Source: Candidatus Magasanikiibacteriota bacterium
Lineage (GTDB): Bacteria > Patescibacteriota > Patescibacteriia > Magasanikbacterales > GWA2-37-8
Direction of reading: 5' to 3'
Length of the DNA stretch: 64,000 nt
Assembly (NCBI GenBank): GCA_041666745.1
Contig: JBAYGI010000001.1
Location: 155,095 to 219,094 of the forward strand
Shown here: positions 6,633 through 15,726 of the stretch, in pieces
How positions within the stretch are numbered: the stretch's first letter is position 1
Layout: each line of letters starts with the position of its first letter
Position numbers and translations under genes: made by a program
Notes under the pieces: model-generated
What the model saw: only the letters and a program-made list of their open reading frames with translations
What the model was told of the DNA's origin: nothing
Databases searched by the model: none

Positions 6633-8087
6633 ATGTATATGTTCAAAAGAAACCGCCAAGAAAATTATCCGAATTTATTGTTTCCGCGCCTGTCTCCTTG
6701 GGAGCAGGAGTTTACTTTTGGGGCGGGGGCGGTTTTGTTATTTTGGTCAATGTTATTGCTTTTGCCGTTGCAGATGTTTTTGAGTTTTGGTTTGGTTTTG
6801 TTGGCGATATTTTTGACCATCGCTTTTATTTTTAAATTGGAATTGCTTTTTTATATTTTGACCACCGTTTCTTTTTTTAGCGGTTGGGAGATTTCTTTTT
6901 CCAAATATGAATGGGCGAGAAATGTAGTTTATCTTTCTTCGGTCAATGCGCCGCTGGGGGATTTTATCGGGGTGATGTTGTTGGGGTTGTCGGTACTGGC
7001 GATTATTTTTGGGCGTTTGCATCCGGTTTGGAAAGAAAAAAAGATTTTGTTAAAATTATCCGGCTTGTATATTTTATTTTTATTATGGTCGCTGGTTTGC
7101 GCGCTGTTGGCGGTGGATCATAGTTGGTTGGCTAGTCTGAAATATTTGGCGCGCAATATGTTATTTGTTTATTTGGTGTTTGTGGTTTTGCCGGTAATTT
7201 TGATAGACAAATTGGACACGATAAAAAATATTTTAAAAATTTGGTTTGGGGTCGGATTGCTCGCGGCCGCGTTTGGTTTTTCTTCCTTGTATTTTTTTGC
7301 GCAAACCGGTTGGCCACGGGTGACACCGTATGGTATTGCCGGTTTTGCTCCGTTGGGTTACAACCACAATTTGATAGCGGAAATGTTGGTGGTAGTTTTG
7401 CCCGCCGGTCTGTATTTATTTTTGAAAGCCAAAACTGAAAAACAAAAACAATGGTATTTTTTGGGAATAATTTTTACCTTGCTTGCGGCGTTGTTGACTT
7501 TGTCGCGCGCGGCGTGGATTACTATTTTTGCGCAAGTGGCGGTGTTGGGTGTGGTATATTGGTCGGAAATAAAATCTCGATTAAAGAAAATTAGCTATCT
7601 AAATTTTTATTTGGTGTTGGCGGGGCTGGCCGTGTTTGGTTATATGATTTTCTTTTTGACCACTCCGATTGTGCAGAGTTCCACCAGTTCGCGTTTTGCG
7701 ATGACCGACATTTCATTTTTCTTGGCCAATCGTTCGCCGGTGCATGGCTATGGTCCGGGAATGTTTGTGGAAATACTTGGCGGTGTTCGAGATTGGACGC
7801 AAGAATATGGCGAAGCGCTGGACGCTCATGGGATTGTGCAAAAAATAATTGTGGAGGATGGTTATGTTGGTCTGGTTTTGATTTTGTTGTTTTTGTTTTA
7901 TTTGTTCAAAAAATTGTGGAAGGTTTATTTGCAATCGGATGACCGAGAATTATATATGGTTTTATTTATGTCGGTGGTGGGCGCGGTGGTTTTCCAATTT
8001 TTCAACACTTCATATTTTACCAGTGTGATGTGGTTGCCGATCGGATTGGCATTGAGTGCCACGACATTTTTGAAAAAAGATTTATAA
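6633..8087 (+). CDS. O-antigen ligase/polymerase-family membrane protein
   Basis: Multi-TM; LTLSRAAW; GYGPGMF; DAHG. Confidence 0.8.
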   Translation: MYMFKRNRQENYPNLLFPRLSPWEQEFTFGAGAVLLFWSMLLLLPLQMFLSFGLVLLAIFLTIAFIFKLELLFYILTTVSFFSGWEISFSKYEWARNVVYLSSVNAPLGDFIGVMLLGLSVLAIIFGRLHPVWKEKKILLKLSGLYILFLLWSLVCALLAVDHSWLASLKYLARNMLFVYLVFVVLPVILIDKLDTIKNILKIWFGVGLLAAAFGFSSLYFFAQTGWPRVTPYGIAGFAPLGYNHNLIAEMLVVVLPAGLYLFLKAKTEKQKQWYFLGIIFTLLAALLTLSRAAWITIFAQVAVLGVVYWSEIKSRLKKISYLNFYLVLAGLAVFGYMIFFLTTPIVQSSTSSRFAMTDISFFLANRSPVHGYGPGMFVEILGGVRDWTQEYGEALDAHGIVQKIIVEDGYVGLVLILLFLFYLFKKLWKVYLQSDDRELYMVLFMSVVGAVVFQFFNTSYFTSVMWLPIGLALSATTFLKKDL

Positions 8088-8090
8088 TTT

Positions 8091-9176
8091 ATGAAACACA
8101 TTGTTCAAATTATTCCGGCGCTGGGATATGGAGGAGCCGAGCGATTGGTGGTGGATTTGATAAATAATAGCGATAGCGCAAAATACCGTTTTTCGGTGAT
8201 TGTTTTTTTTGATAATATTCCATTGAAAACTTTGATCGAAAAAAAGGCGGAGGTAATTTTGGTAGAAAAAAATTCCAAATTGGATTTTAATTTTTTAAAT
8301 AGATTGGAAAAACAATTGACCGAATTGAAGCCGGACTTGGTGCACGGTCATTTGTTTGCCGGAGATTTTTGGGGGCGATTGGCGGCTCATCGAATTGGCG
8401 TGCCGTATTTGAGCACCGAACACAACTTGAATCACGACGACGGTTGTCTGAAAAATTTTATTAAAAAAATAGTGTCTAATAAAAAAGATTATTATGTGGC
8501 TTGTTCGGAGGCGGTGGCCGGTTATATGAGGAGGGTTTACAATATTAAAAATGAGATTACCGTGATTCGCAATGGTATTGATTTGAATCGTTTTGCCAGT
8601 TTGGCGCCGTCCGCTTGGCAGATACCTTTAAATTTTTTAATGGTTGGGCGTTTGGTCAAACAAAAAGGACATTTGGTTGCTTTGTCGGCATTAAATAATT
8701 TGAAAAACTATCCTTGGAAATTGAGAATAGTAGGGTCGGGAAAAGAAAAAAAGAATTTACAAAAATTCGTAATGAAAAATGATTTATCCACTCGGGTGAC
8801 ATTTGTTGATCCGTTGGTAAAAGTAGAAAAGTATTTTGGCAAGTCGGATGTGTTGTTGATGCCGTCTGTCTGGGAGGGGTTGGGCGTGGTAGTGATGGAG
8901 GCGATGGCTAGTGGGCGAGTGGTGTTGTGTTCCAAAACCGGTGGTTTGGTTGAGATAATAAAAAACAACGAAACAGGATATTTGGCTCAGCCAAAAAATA
9001 TTGCCGATTGGGAAGAAAAAATAAAATATATTTTTGAAAATAAAGATGAATGTCAACGAGTGACAAAGAACGCGCAAAAATATGCCAAAGAAAATTTTGG
9101 GATTGAAAAAATGGTGGAAAAGTATGGTGAGATTTATTCTCTTGTAATTAATAGATTCCCGCTTTCGCGGGAATGA
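8091..9176 (+). CDS. Glycosyltransferase family 4
   Basis: GGAER; VGRLVKQKGH; EGLGVVVMEAMASG. Confidence 0.9.
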   Translation: MKHIVQIIPALGYGGAERLVVDLINNSDSAKYRFSVIVFFDNIPLKTLIEKKAEVILVEKNSKLDFNFLNRLEKQLTELKPDLVHGHLFAGDFWGRLAAHRIGVPYLSTEHNLNHDDGCLKNFIKKIVSNKKDYYVACSEAVAGYMRRVYNIKNEITVIRNGIDLNRFASLAPSAWQIPLNFLMVGRLVKQKGHLVALSALNNLKNYPWKLRIVGSGKEKKNLQKFVMKNDLSTRVTFVDPLVKVEKYFGKSDVLLMPSVWEGLGVVVMEAMASGRVVLCSKTGGLVEIIKNNETGYLAQPKNIADWEEKIKYIFENKDECQRVTKNAQKYAKENFGIEKMVEKYGEIYSLVINRFPLSRE

Positions 9177-9178
9177 CA
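9153..9178 (-). repeat. REP-like palindrome that supplies the glycosyltransferase C-terminus and stop codon
   Basis: agattcccgctttcgcgggaatgaca. Confidence 0.85.
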
Positions 9179-9185
9179 GTTGTAT

Positions 9186-10190
9186 ATGAATACAAAAATG
9201 CCGGTTGATTGTGTGGTGGCGCTGACTTATCGCTGTAATGCGCGTTGCACTATGTGCGATATTTGGAAAATAAAAGATTCACCCGAATTGACGTTGGCGG
9301 ATTTGGAAAAATTGCCGAATAGTTTGCGGGATATAAATTTGTCCGGTGGTGAGCCATTTTTGCGAACAGATTTGCCGGAGATTGTGGCGACCATAAAAAA
9401 ATCTTGCCCCAAAGCTCGGTTGGTTATTTCCACCAATGGTTTTTTGACGTCGGTAATAGCCAAGGTGATGCCGAAGATTTTGAAAATTGCGCCGGATATC
9501 GGGGTGGCTTTTTCTATTGATGGTATCGGAAGTATGCATGATGAGATGCGTGGCATACCAGGGGGTTTTGATAAAGTGACTGCCTCGGTCAAAGCGCTCA
9601 AAGATATGGGGATGACCAATTTGCGTTTGGCTTTTACGATTAGCGAATACAATACCAATCATTTTGGTAAAGTTTATGATTTGGCGCAGAAGTTGGGCGT
9701 GCAGTTCACGCACAGTTTCGCTCAAAGCAGTGAATTTTATTTTGGCGGTAAACAAAATATCAATATTCCCAGACGAGATTTACTTGAGACGGCTTACAAA
9801 CATATTATTGGCAGTGAATTAAAAAGCTGGAATATGAAACGTTGGGCGAGAGCGTTTTTTGCCGACGGTATGTTTCGATTTATTACCAGTAAAAATCCGG
9901 TTTTAGATAATGCTCCGGGGCGCGAGTTTTTCTTTTTGGATCCGAGCGGAGATATTTATCCATCGGTGGTGCATAATGTAATTTTGGGCAATATTCGTCA
10001 GGTTGGTAATTTTGCCAAGTTTTGGAACAGTTCATCGGTCGAAGAACAACGAAAAAAAGTAGACGAGCTCCAAGTGCCGGTTTGGATGGTTTGCACGGCG
10101 CGCACCGCCATAATGCGTCATCCGTTTGCAGTTGGTTTTTGGATTTTGAAAAATAAAATATTTGGATATGAAAATTGTATTAGTAAATAA
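9186..10190 (+). CDS. Radical SAM protein with degenerate SPASM/twitch domain
   Basis: CNARCTMC; SGGEPFL; ISTNG. Confidence 0.85.
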   Translation: MNTKMPVDCVVALTYRCNARCTMCDIWKIKDSPELTLADLEKLPNSLRDINLSGGEPFLRTDLPEIVATIKKSCPKARLVISTNGFLTSVIAKVMPKILKIAPDIGVAFSIDGIGSMHDEMRGIPGGFDKVTASVKALKDMGMTNLRLAFTISEYNTNHFGKVYDLAQKLGVQFTHSFAQSSEFYFGGKQNINIPRRDLLETAYKHIIGSELKSWNMKRWARAFFADGMFRFITSKNPVLDNAPGREFFFLDPSGDIYPSVVHNVILGNIRQVGNFAKFWNSSSVEEQRKKVDELQVPVWMVCTARTAIMRHPFAVGFWILKNKIFGYENCISK

Positions 10191-11358
10191 ATTTTGGTAT
10201 CCGCGGGGTGGGGCGGAAAAGATGGTCTTGTTGACCAAGGAACTTTTGGAAAACGCCGGACACGATGTGGAGATTTTTGGTATGAATCATCCGGATAATT
10301 TATTTTCCAATAAATATTTTACGGATTTTGTGGATTATAAAAAATTGGGCTGGTTATCCAAAATAAAATTTGGCGCGCGCGTGATTTATAATGCTCAAGC
10401 CAAAAAGAATTTTTCCAAATTGTTGGCGGATTTCCAACCGGAGGTAGTGCATTTTCACAATATCTATCACCAGCTGTCTTGTTCGATTATCGAAGCGGTG
10501 GCGGAGAAAAAAATCAAATCGGTAATGACTTTGCATGATTACAAATTTATTAGTCCGAACTACAATCTATACCACCATGGTAAAATCGCCGAAGATGGTG
10601 TGGGTGGGAAATATTTTCAATGTCTTTTGAACAATTGCATGGAAAATGTTTCGGATAGTTTGTTGGCGACTTTGGAAGCTTATTTTGTCGAGGGCAAAGG
10701 CTACAAAAACATGATCAACAAATATCTCAGCCCGAGCAATTTTTTACGAGACAAATTTATCAAAGCCGGATTTGATGCCAAAAATATTTTGTGTGTGTCA
10801 AACGCGTTGGCCAGCGACGAGTTTCAAATGAGCGATGGTGATAGCGGGTATGTGGCGTATGTCGGACGACTATCTCACGAAAAAGGTGTTAGATATTTAT
10901 TGGCCGTGGCGGAAACATTACCAAAAATAAATTTTAAAATTGTCGGTGATGGTCCGGAGCGCGCGGAATTGGAAAAAACAAAATCAGCCAAAAATTTAAC
11001 CAACGTCGAATTTGTCGGACAAAAAAGTGGCGCCGAATTGGCCGGTTTAATTTCGGGAGCGCGCTTGTTGGTGGCTCCTTCGGTGTGGTATGAAAATGCC
11101 CCGTTGAGTATTTTGGAAGCTAAAGCGCGTGGTAAAATTGTCATCGCCAGTGATATCGGTGGTATTTCGGAAATGTTGCCAGCTGAATTATTGGTCGCTC
11201 CGGCCGATTCCGTCGCTTTGTCGCAAAAAATAAAAGAATGGTTTGAAAAAGGTGAAACAAAACGCCAATCGATGAGCGTGCAATTGTTTGAACAGGTCAA
11301 AAAAGAAAACAGTCCGGAGGTTTATTTGCAGAAATTGTTAAAAGTTTATTCAGAATAA
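10168..11358 (+). CDS. Glycosyltransferase family 4
   Basis: GGAEK; YVGRLSHEKG; ENAPLSILEA. Confidence 0.9.
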   Translation: MKIVLVNKFWYPRGGAEKMVLLTKELLENAGHDVEIFGMNHPDNLFSNKYFTDFVDYKKLGWLSKIKFGARVIYNAQAKKNFSKLLADFQPEVVHFHNIYHQLSCSIIEAVAEKKIKSVMTLHDYKFISPNYNLYHHGKIAEDGVGGKYFQCLLNNCMENVSDSLLATLEAYFVEGKGYKNMINKYLSPSNFLRDKFIKAGFDAKNILCVSNALASDEFQMSDGDSGYVAYVGRLSHEKGVRYLLAVAETLPKINFKIVGDGPERAELEKTKSAKNLTNVEFVGQKSGAELAGLISGARLLVAPSVWYENAPLSILEAKARGKIVIASDIGGISEMLPAELLVAPADSVALSQKIKEWFEKGETKRQSMSVQLFEQVKKENSPEVYLQKLLKVYSE

Positions 11359-11365
11359 ACTTTCA

Positions 11366-13345
11366 ATGAATAAAATATTTTACAGATCAATAGCGGCGAT
11401 TTTCATCGGCCTATTTGTGTCGGTATTTTGTTATTTTAATTATTTCGTCAAATCCGCGCCAATTTTGGCCAATTATTATTTGCGTTGGGATCTGCCAAAT
11501 AGTGAAGTGGAAAACCTCGCCAAGTGGGATCTGCTTATTTTGGATATGGAAAATCAGGTGACCAGTCCGGATAAAATAAGAAAAATCAGACAGTTGCATC
11601 CGGGGATAAAAATTTTGGCCTATGTTACTTCTCAAGAAATAAAAAATAACAATCTCGGGGTGATGCGCGCCAAATTGAAAAATGGTATTAGTGACAGTTG
11701 GTATTTGCGTCGCAGTAATGGTGATAAAATATCTTTTTGGCCCGGTACGACCATGCTCAATCCGACTGATCTATGTCCGCTCAGCGGTGGTCAGCGCTGG
11801 CATGATTATCTGGCTAGTTTTGTAAGCAACGAAGTGCTGTCCACCGGTTTATGGGATGGTGTTTTTTATGATAATGCTTGGGGTGATTTGACTTGGTTTA
11901 CCGGTAACAATGTGGATTTGAATTTGGACAACCAACCGGATGTTAATATAGATAAATATTGGAATGCCGGTATGACCGCCTTGTTCAATACGACTCGGGA
12001 TTTGTCCGGAGGAAATTTTGTGATTGTCGGTAATGCCATGACTAGAGAATATGCCAATGATCTCAACGGTATGATGTATGAAAATTTTCAAAACCATATT
12101 TGGCAGGATGTGATGTATGCCATCAAAACCGAAATGAACGGCAATTTGAAACCGCGAATTATTATTATCAATGCCAACGCGAACAACACCGGCAATAAAC
12201 AAGATTATAAAACGATGCGTTATGGTCTGGGAAGCGCTTTGGTCGGCGGGGCGTATTATTCGTATGATGATGGTGACCAAAGTCATAGTCAGACTTGGTG
12301 GTATGATGAATACGATGTAAAACTTGGCAATCCGGTTGGTGAGGCGAGGACAACTGATGGAAAAACACAAATAAAAGAAGATGTGTGGCGACGAGATTAT
12401 GAAAATGGATTGGCATTGGTGAATTCCACCGGAGTAGCGCAAACGGTAAATCTAGGAGATGATTATGAAAAAATAATTGGCAAGCAAGATTCGACAATCA
12501 ACGATGGGTCAATAGTGGATAGAGTAAAATTAAACGCGCGCGATGGTTTGGTGTTGCGTAAAGTGGTGCAAAATATTTTTAATACTCCATTTAACAATGG
12601 CAGTATGGTTCGGTTTTATGACGCGCGGGGCAATCGCGCTCGCAATGGTTTCTTTGCTTTTGTGTCCAATGTCGCCGGCGGGTCGCGAGTGTTTGTTGGT
12701 GATTTGAATGGTGATGGCAGTAATGAAAAAATAGTTGGCGGTAATGGTCGCTTTGAGATTTTTAATTCGGCCAATTTACATTGGTTCGATGATTATCCAT
12801 TTGGTGGAGATAATATAAAAGAAATGCGTTTTAGTGTTGGTAAAAGTTTCAATGGTGAAATAAAAATTTTGGCTACGCCGACTATTGGCAATCGGGGAGT
12901 GTTGTACAATTATCACGGCGGAGTGTTGAAAGAAGATTTTTTACCATTTGGAACAAAATATAACGCCGGATTTTTTGGGGCGCTGGGAAATTTTGATGGC
13001 GGATCAAAACTGGAAGTGGCAGTCGGTTCGGGTGGCGCGAGAGTAGGAGAGGTGTTGGTTTTTGACGCGGATTTACAAAAAATAAAATACCGTTTTTTTC
13101 CTTTTGATAAAAAGTTTACCGGCAAAGTAAAAGTGTCTGCCGGTGATACCAATGGCGATGGGAAAGCGGAGATAATCACGATGGGGAAGATAGGTACCAA
13201 AAACACTATCCGGATTTTTGATAATAAGGGCAAAAAACTGTCAGAATTCGCGGTGAGTAGCCCACTTGGAGGTGGGGAATTGAATATTGGCGCAACCGAC
13301 GTCAATTTTGACGGAAAAGATGAGATTGTGGTGGATGGAGGCTAA
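11366..13345 (+). CDS. Secreted putative glycoside hydrolase (TIM barrel) with C-terminal FG-GAP/VCBS-like repeats
   Basis: WDGVFYDN; VWRRDYENGLALVN; GDLNGDG, GDTNGDGK and DVNFDGK repeats. Confidence 0.7.
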   Translation: MNKIFYRSIAAIFIGLFVSVFCYFNYFVKSAPILANYYLRWDLPNSEVENLAKWDLLILDMENQVTSPDKIRKIRQLHPGIKILAYVTSQEIKNNNLGVMRAKLKNGISDSWYLRRSNGDKISFWPGTTMLNPTDLCPLSGGQRWHDYLASFVSNEVLSTGLWDGVFYDNAWGDLTWFTGNNVDLNLDNQPDVNIDKYWNAGMTALFNTTRDLSGGNFVIVGNAMTREYANDLNGMMYENFQNHIWQDVMYAIKTEMNGNLKPRIIIINANANNTGNKQDYKTMRYGLGSALVGGAYYSYDDGDQSHSQTWWYDEYDVKLGNPVGEARTTDGKTQIKEDVWRRDYENGLALVNSTGVAQTVNLGDDYEKIIGKQDSTINDGSIVDRVKLNARDGLVLRKVVQNIFNTPFNNGSMVRFYDARGNRARNGFFAFVSNVAGGSRVFVGDLNGDGSNEKIVGGNGRFEIFNSANLHWFDDYPFGGDNIKEMRFSVGKSFNGEIKILATPTIGNRGVLYNYHGGVLKEDFLPFGTKYNAGFFGALGNFDGGSKLEVAVGSGGARVGEVLVFDADLQKIKYRFFPFDKKFTGKVKVSAGDTNGDGKAEIITMGKIGTKNTIRIFDNKGKKLSEFAVSSPLGGGELNIGATDVNFDGKDEIVVDGG

Positions 13346-13389
13346 GTTGAGCCAAAAAGACAGTCAGTTGATAAACGACGAAATACCCC

Positions 13390-13418
13390 TTGACAAAGGG
13401 GCGTTTTTGTGCTATTAT
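13390..13418 (+). promoter_or_regulatory. sigma70 promoter with extended -10
   Basis: TTGACA (13390-13395), 17 nt, TG-c-TATTAT. Confidence 0.8.
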
Positions 13419-13455
13419 ATACAGTTATTATTTGTCATAATAATAGCTCAGATTA

Positions 13456-13470
13456 GCTCTTTAAAACTTA
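13456..13470 (+). promoter_or_regulatory. boxA-like motif
   Basis: GCTCTTTAAAACTTA. Confidence 0.55.
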
Positions 13471-13484
13471 AACAAAAACTACTC

Positions 13485-13715
13485 AACCTACGTGGAAGTA
13501 AGCACATGTCATCCGACTGTCATTCCCGTGAAAACGGGAATCTAACATATCCTTACTCCCACGCAGGTTCCAGGCGTCGGGGGGTTGCACCTTGTTGGTG
13601 TATGCCTTCCCTACGCTAGGGAAAAACGTGTACAGCGTTCAGTGTTTTAACCCCTTCGTTCCATCAGTGGTAGCCAATCCATCTGTATGGGACAACTGTC
13701 CATTAGGAGGACAAC
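13485..13715 (+). ncRNA. Conserved structured 5' leader RNA, copy 2
   Basis: Homologous to 510-726; contains a REP palindrome at 13519-13543. Confidence 0.7.
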
Positions 13716-14255
13716 ATGACCATGCCCGTTAACCAAGCTCAGAGCGGTTCGACTCAGCGTCTCAATCTCGGTGCCGCCAATGCCAAGCCCGACAATTCGT
13801 CGCTGGGAGTCTGGATCATGATCGGTGTTGGCATAGCGATCTTCGGCCTCATCCTCGCGATCATCGGCATCGTCAAGGCCAGTTCGGCCGACGATCACGC
13901 CGACGTGGTTGGTCAGGCAGTCGTTTCGCTCAGCGCAGAACACGCCAAGCTGGCGACAAAGGTCGACACCAATCAGGCGGCGACCGTCACCCAGTTGGCC
14001 GCGAAGGTTTCGAAGGCTGAATTCGACGCGGCGATCGCGAAGCTCGACGCCAAGGCCGAACAGAGCGTCGTCGACAAGTTGAAGACTGAACTTGGCGACA
14101 AAGCCAGCAACCGCAGTGTCACTGACCTGCGAAATCTGCTTGGTGACAAGGCCGACACGAAGGCTCTTCGGAGTCTGGCGCGCAAGCTGAAGCGGCTTGA
14201 TGCACGTGTCGAAGGTCTCGCTCTCCCAGAGCAGGCCACCAACACCGAGCAGTAG
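13716..14255 (+). CDS. GC-rich single-TM coiled-coil protein
   Basis: SD TAGGAGG; TM VWIMIGVGIAIFGLILAIIGIV; KA/KV-initiated ~15-16 aa repeats. Confidence 0.85.
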   Translation: MTMPVNQAQSGSTQRLNLGAANAKPDNSSLGVWIMIGVGIAIFGLILAIIGIVKASSADDHADVVGQAVVSLSAEHAKLATKVDTNQAATVTQLAAKVSKAEFDAAIAKLDAKAEQSVVDKLKTELGDKASNRSVTDLRNLLGDKADTKALRSLARKLKRLDARVEGLALPEQATNTEQ

Positions 14256-14405
14256 TCCATTCCGACGCAATGTCGGACATCGTAGTAGTCACCTTGATTT
14301 TGAAGGTGACAGCTCGATGAGGACGCAAACCCCGAAAGGGTGTGCGGGAACGAAAGTTCCCGCACATACCGCTTAGTAAATAAACATTTGTTTATTGAGC
14401 AGACT

Positions 14406-14435
14406 AAAAAATCCACTTATGATAGTGGATTTTTT
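14406..14435 (+). terminator. Bidirectional intrinsic terminator
   Basis: aaaaaatccact-tatgat-agtggatttttt. Confidence 0.8.
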
Positions 14436-14445
14436 ATTTCTCATT

Positions 14446-14509
14446 TGTCATTCCCGTGAAAACGGGAATCTGTTTAAATAATAAGATTCCCGTTTTCACG
14501 GGAATGACA
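14446..14509. repeat. Inverted REP pair (REPIN-like)
   Basis: tgtcattcccgtgaaaacgggaatct and its exact reverse complement 12 nt downstream. Confidence 0.9.
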
Positions 14510-14514
14510 GGCTT

Positions 14515-15468
14515 TTATTCCCCAGTGATTAGACAAACTATCGGTCCGGTGAATTTCCAATTTTGTTTTGTTGCTTGTTGGAGTCCAACAATCGACAGGG
14601 CGCTGTTGGATGAAAGTTTTATTTTTTCGGTTTTATATACTAGTTTTATTATATCTTTTATCTGTGTGTCATCGGCAACCCAACCAAACCCTCGACTGCT
14701 TTTTATATCCGCCACCACCATTTCTTTGCGGTGAGCGACATTGTCCACAATCGCGCCGGCTAGTGATATCTTTGTCATTCCCGCGAAAGCGGGAATCTGA
14801 GAATTGTTGATAGATCCCCGCATTCGCGAGGATGACAAACATGAGGATGACAGGGACAACGCATCCGTTATCGGATGGCAAGCGGTAGTTTGGACAATAT
14901 GAATTTGTGGTGTTAGTTTTAACTTTTTAAAACCATTGTATAGCCCTTGAGCGGTAGTGCCACTGCTGGTTGGAATAAACACAGCAGATAGATTTTTTAT
15001 TTTACTTAATTCTAGGGCGAGTTGTTCATAACCAAGTAAAGCTAGGTCGTCGGTTGACTGGCGCAATATTTTTGCCTGCCCTGATTTGTCCATTTGAAAA
15101 GCCGACTGTTTTGGATTTTTGGTTTGGGTGATGGTGATGTTTTTCGACATTACCTTTTTTAATAATCCGAGTTTGTTTTTGTCTATTTTTTCACCCACAA
15201 AAATCTGTAAAGACAATTTGTTTTTATGTTTTTGATTGTATTTTTTGATATACAAACCGGTAGCCAACGCGGCATTTCCCGAAGAAGATATCACAAAATT
15301 GACCTGTCCTTGTTTGACATAGGTATCGATCATAATTGGCAGAGAACGCCCTTTGTGCGAACCCAGCGGATGCAAGTCTTCTCTCTTGAAATAGAGTGGC
15401 ACCGCCAAGCCGAGCGTTTTGGCCAATTTTTGAGGTTTTGTTTGGGGGGTAATCATAGGTCTTGCCAA
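14515..15468 (-). CDS. PLP-dependent fold-type II enzyme (threonine synthase/dehydratase-like)
   Basis: KREDLHPLGSHKGR; SSSGNAA; PTSSGTT. Confidence 0.8.
   Translation of the reverse strand: MARPMITPQTKPQKLAKTLGLAVPLYFKREDLHPLGSHKGRSLPIMIDTYVKQGQVNFVISSSGNAALATGLYIKKYNQKHKNKLSLQIFVGEKIDKNKLGLLKKVMSKNITITQTKNPKQSAFQMDKSGQAKILRQSTDDLALLGYEQLALELSKIKNLSAVFIPTSSGTTAQGLYNGFKKLKLTPQIHIVQTTACHPITDALSLSSSCLSSSRMRGSINNSQIPAFAGMTKISLAGAIVDNVAHRKEMVVADIKSSRGFGWVADDTQIKDIIKLVYKTEKIKLSSNSALSIVGLQQATKQNWKFTGPIVCLITGE
14773..14852. repeat. Inverted REP pair inserted in frame in the PLP enzyme
   Basis: tgtcattcccgcgaaagcgggaatct...agatccccgcattcgcgaggatgaca; encodes SSSRMRGS..IPAFAGMT. Confidence 0.85.
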
Positions 15469-15528
15469 AGTTGATTATTTTTGGTATACTTGTTTTTGCT
15501 TTTGTTATTTAGTTTATTTTATAGCTTT

Positions 15529-15693
15529 ATGATTCTAATTTGCACAGAATGTAAAAATCCAGTCGACCTCACCTCTTATCCGGATTTGGATACCGGTCAC
15601 GTACTCGAATGCGAGATGTGTGGTATTACTTTGGAAGTCATCTCGATTGATGACGACAAGGTCAAAGCCGAAGTGGTAGACGAAGGCAAATAA
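15529..15693 (+). CDS. LysW-like zinc-ribbon small protein
   Basis: CTEC..CEMCGITLEV; acidic tail; lacks EDWGE. Confidence 0.65.
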   Translation: MILICTECKNPVDLTSYPDLDTGHVLECEMCGITLEVISIDDDKVKAEVVDEGK

Positions 15694-15726
15694 ACAGTCT
15701 AGAAGCTCCGAATCGTCGGGGCTTTT

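Noticed and set aside
14310-14345. Possible hammerhead ribozyme (ctcgatgag...cgaaa)
   Set aside because: The core reads CUCGAUGA rather than CUGANGA, and stems II and III cannot be formed properly
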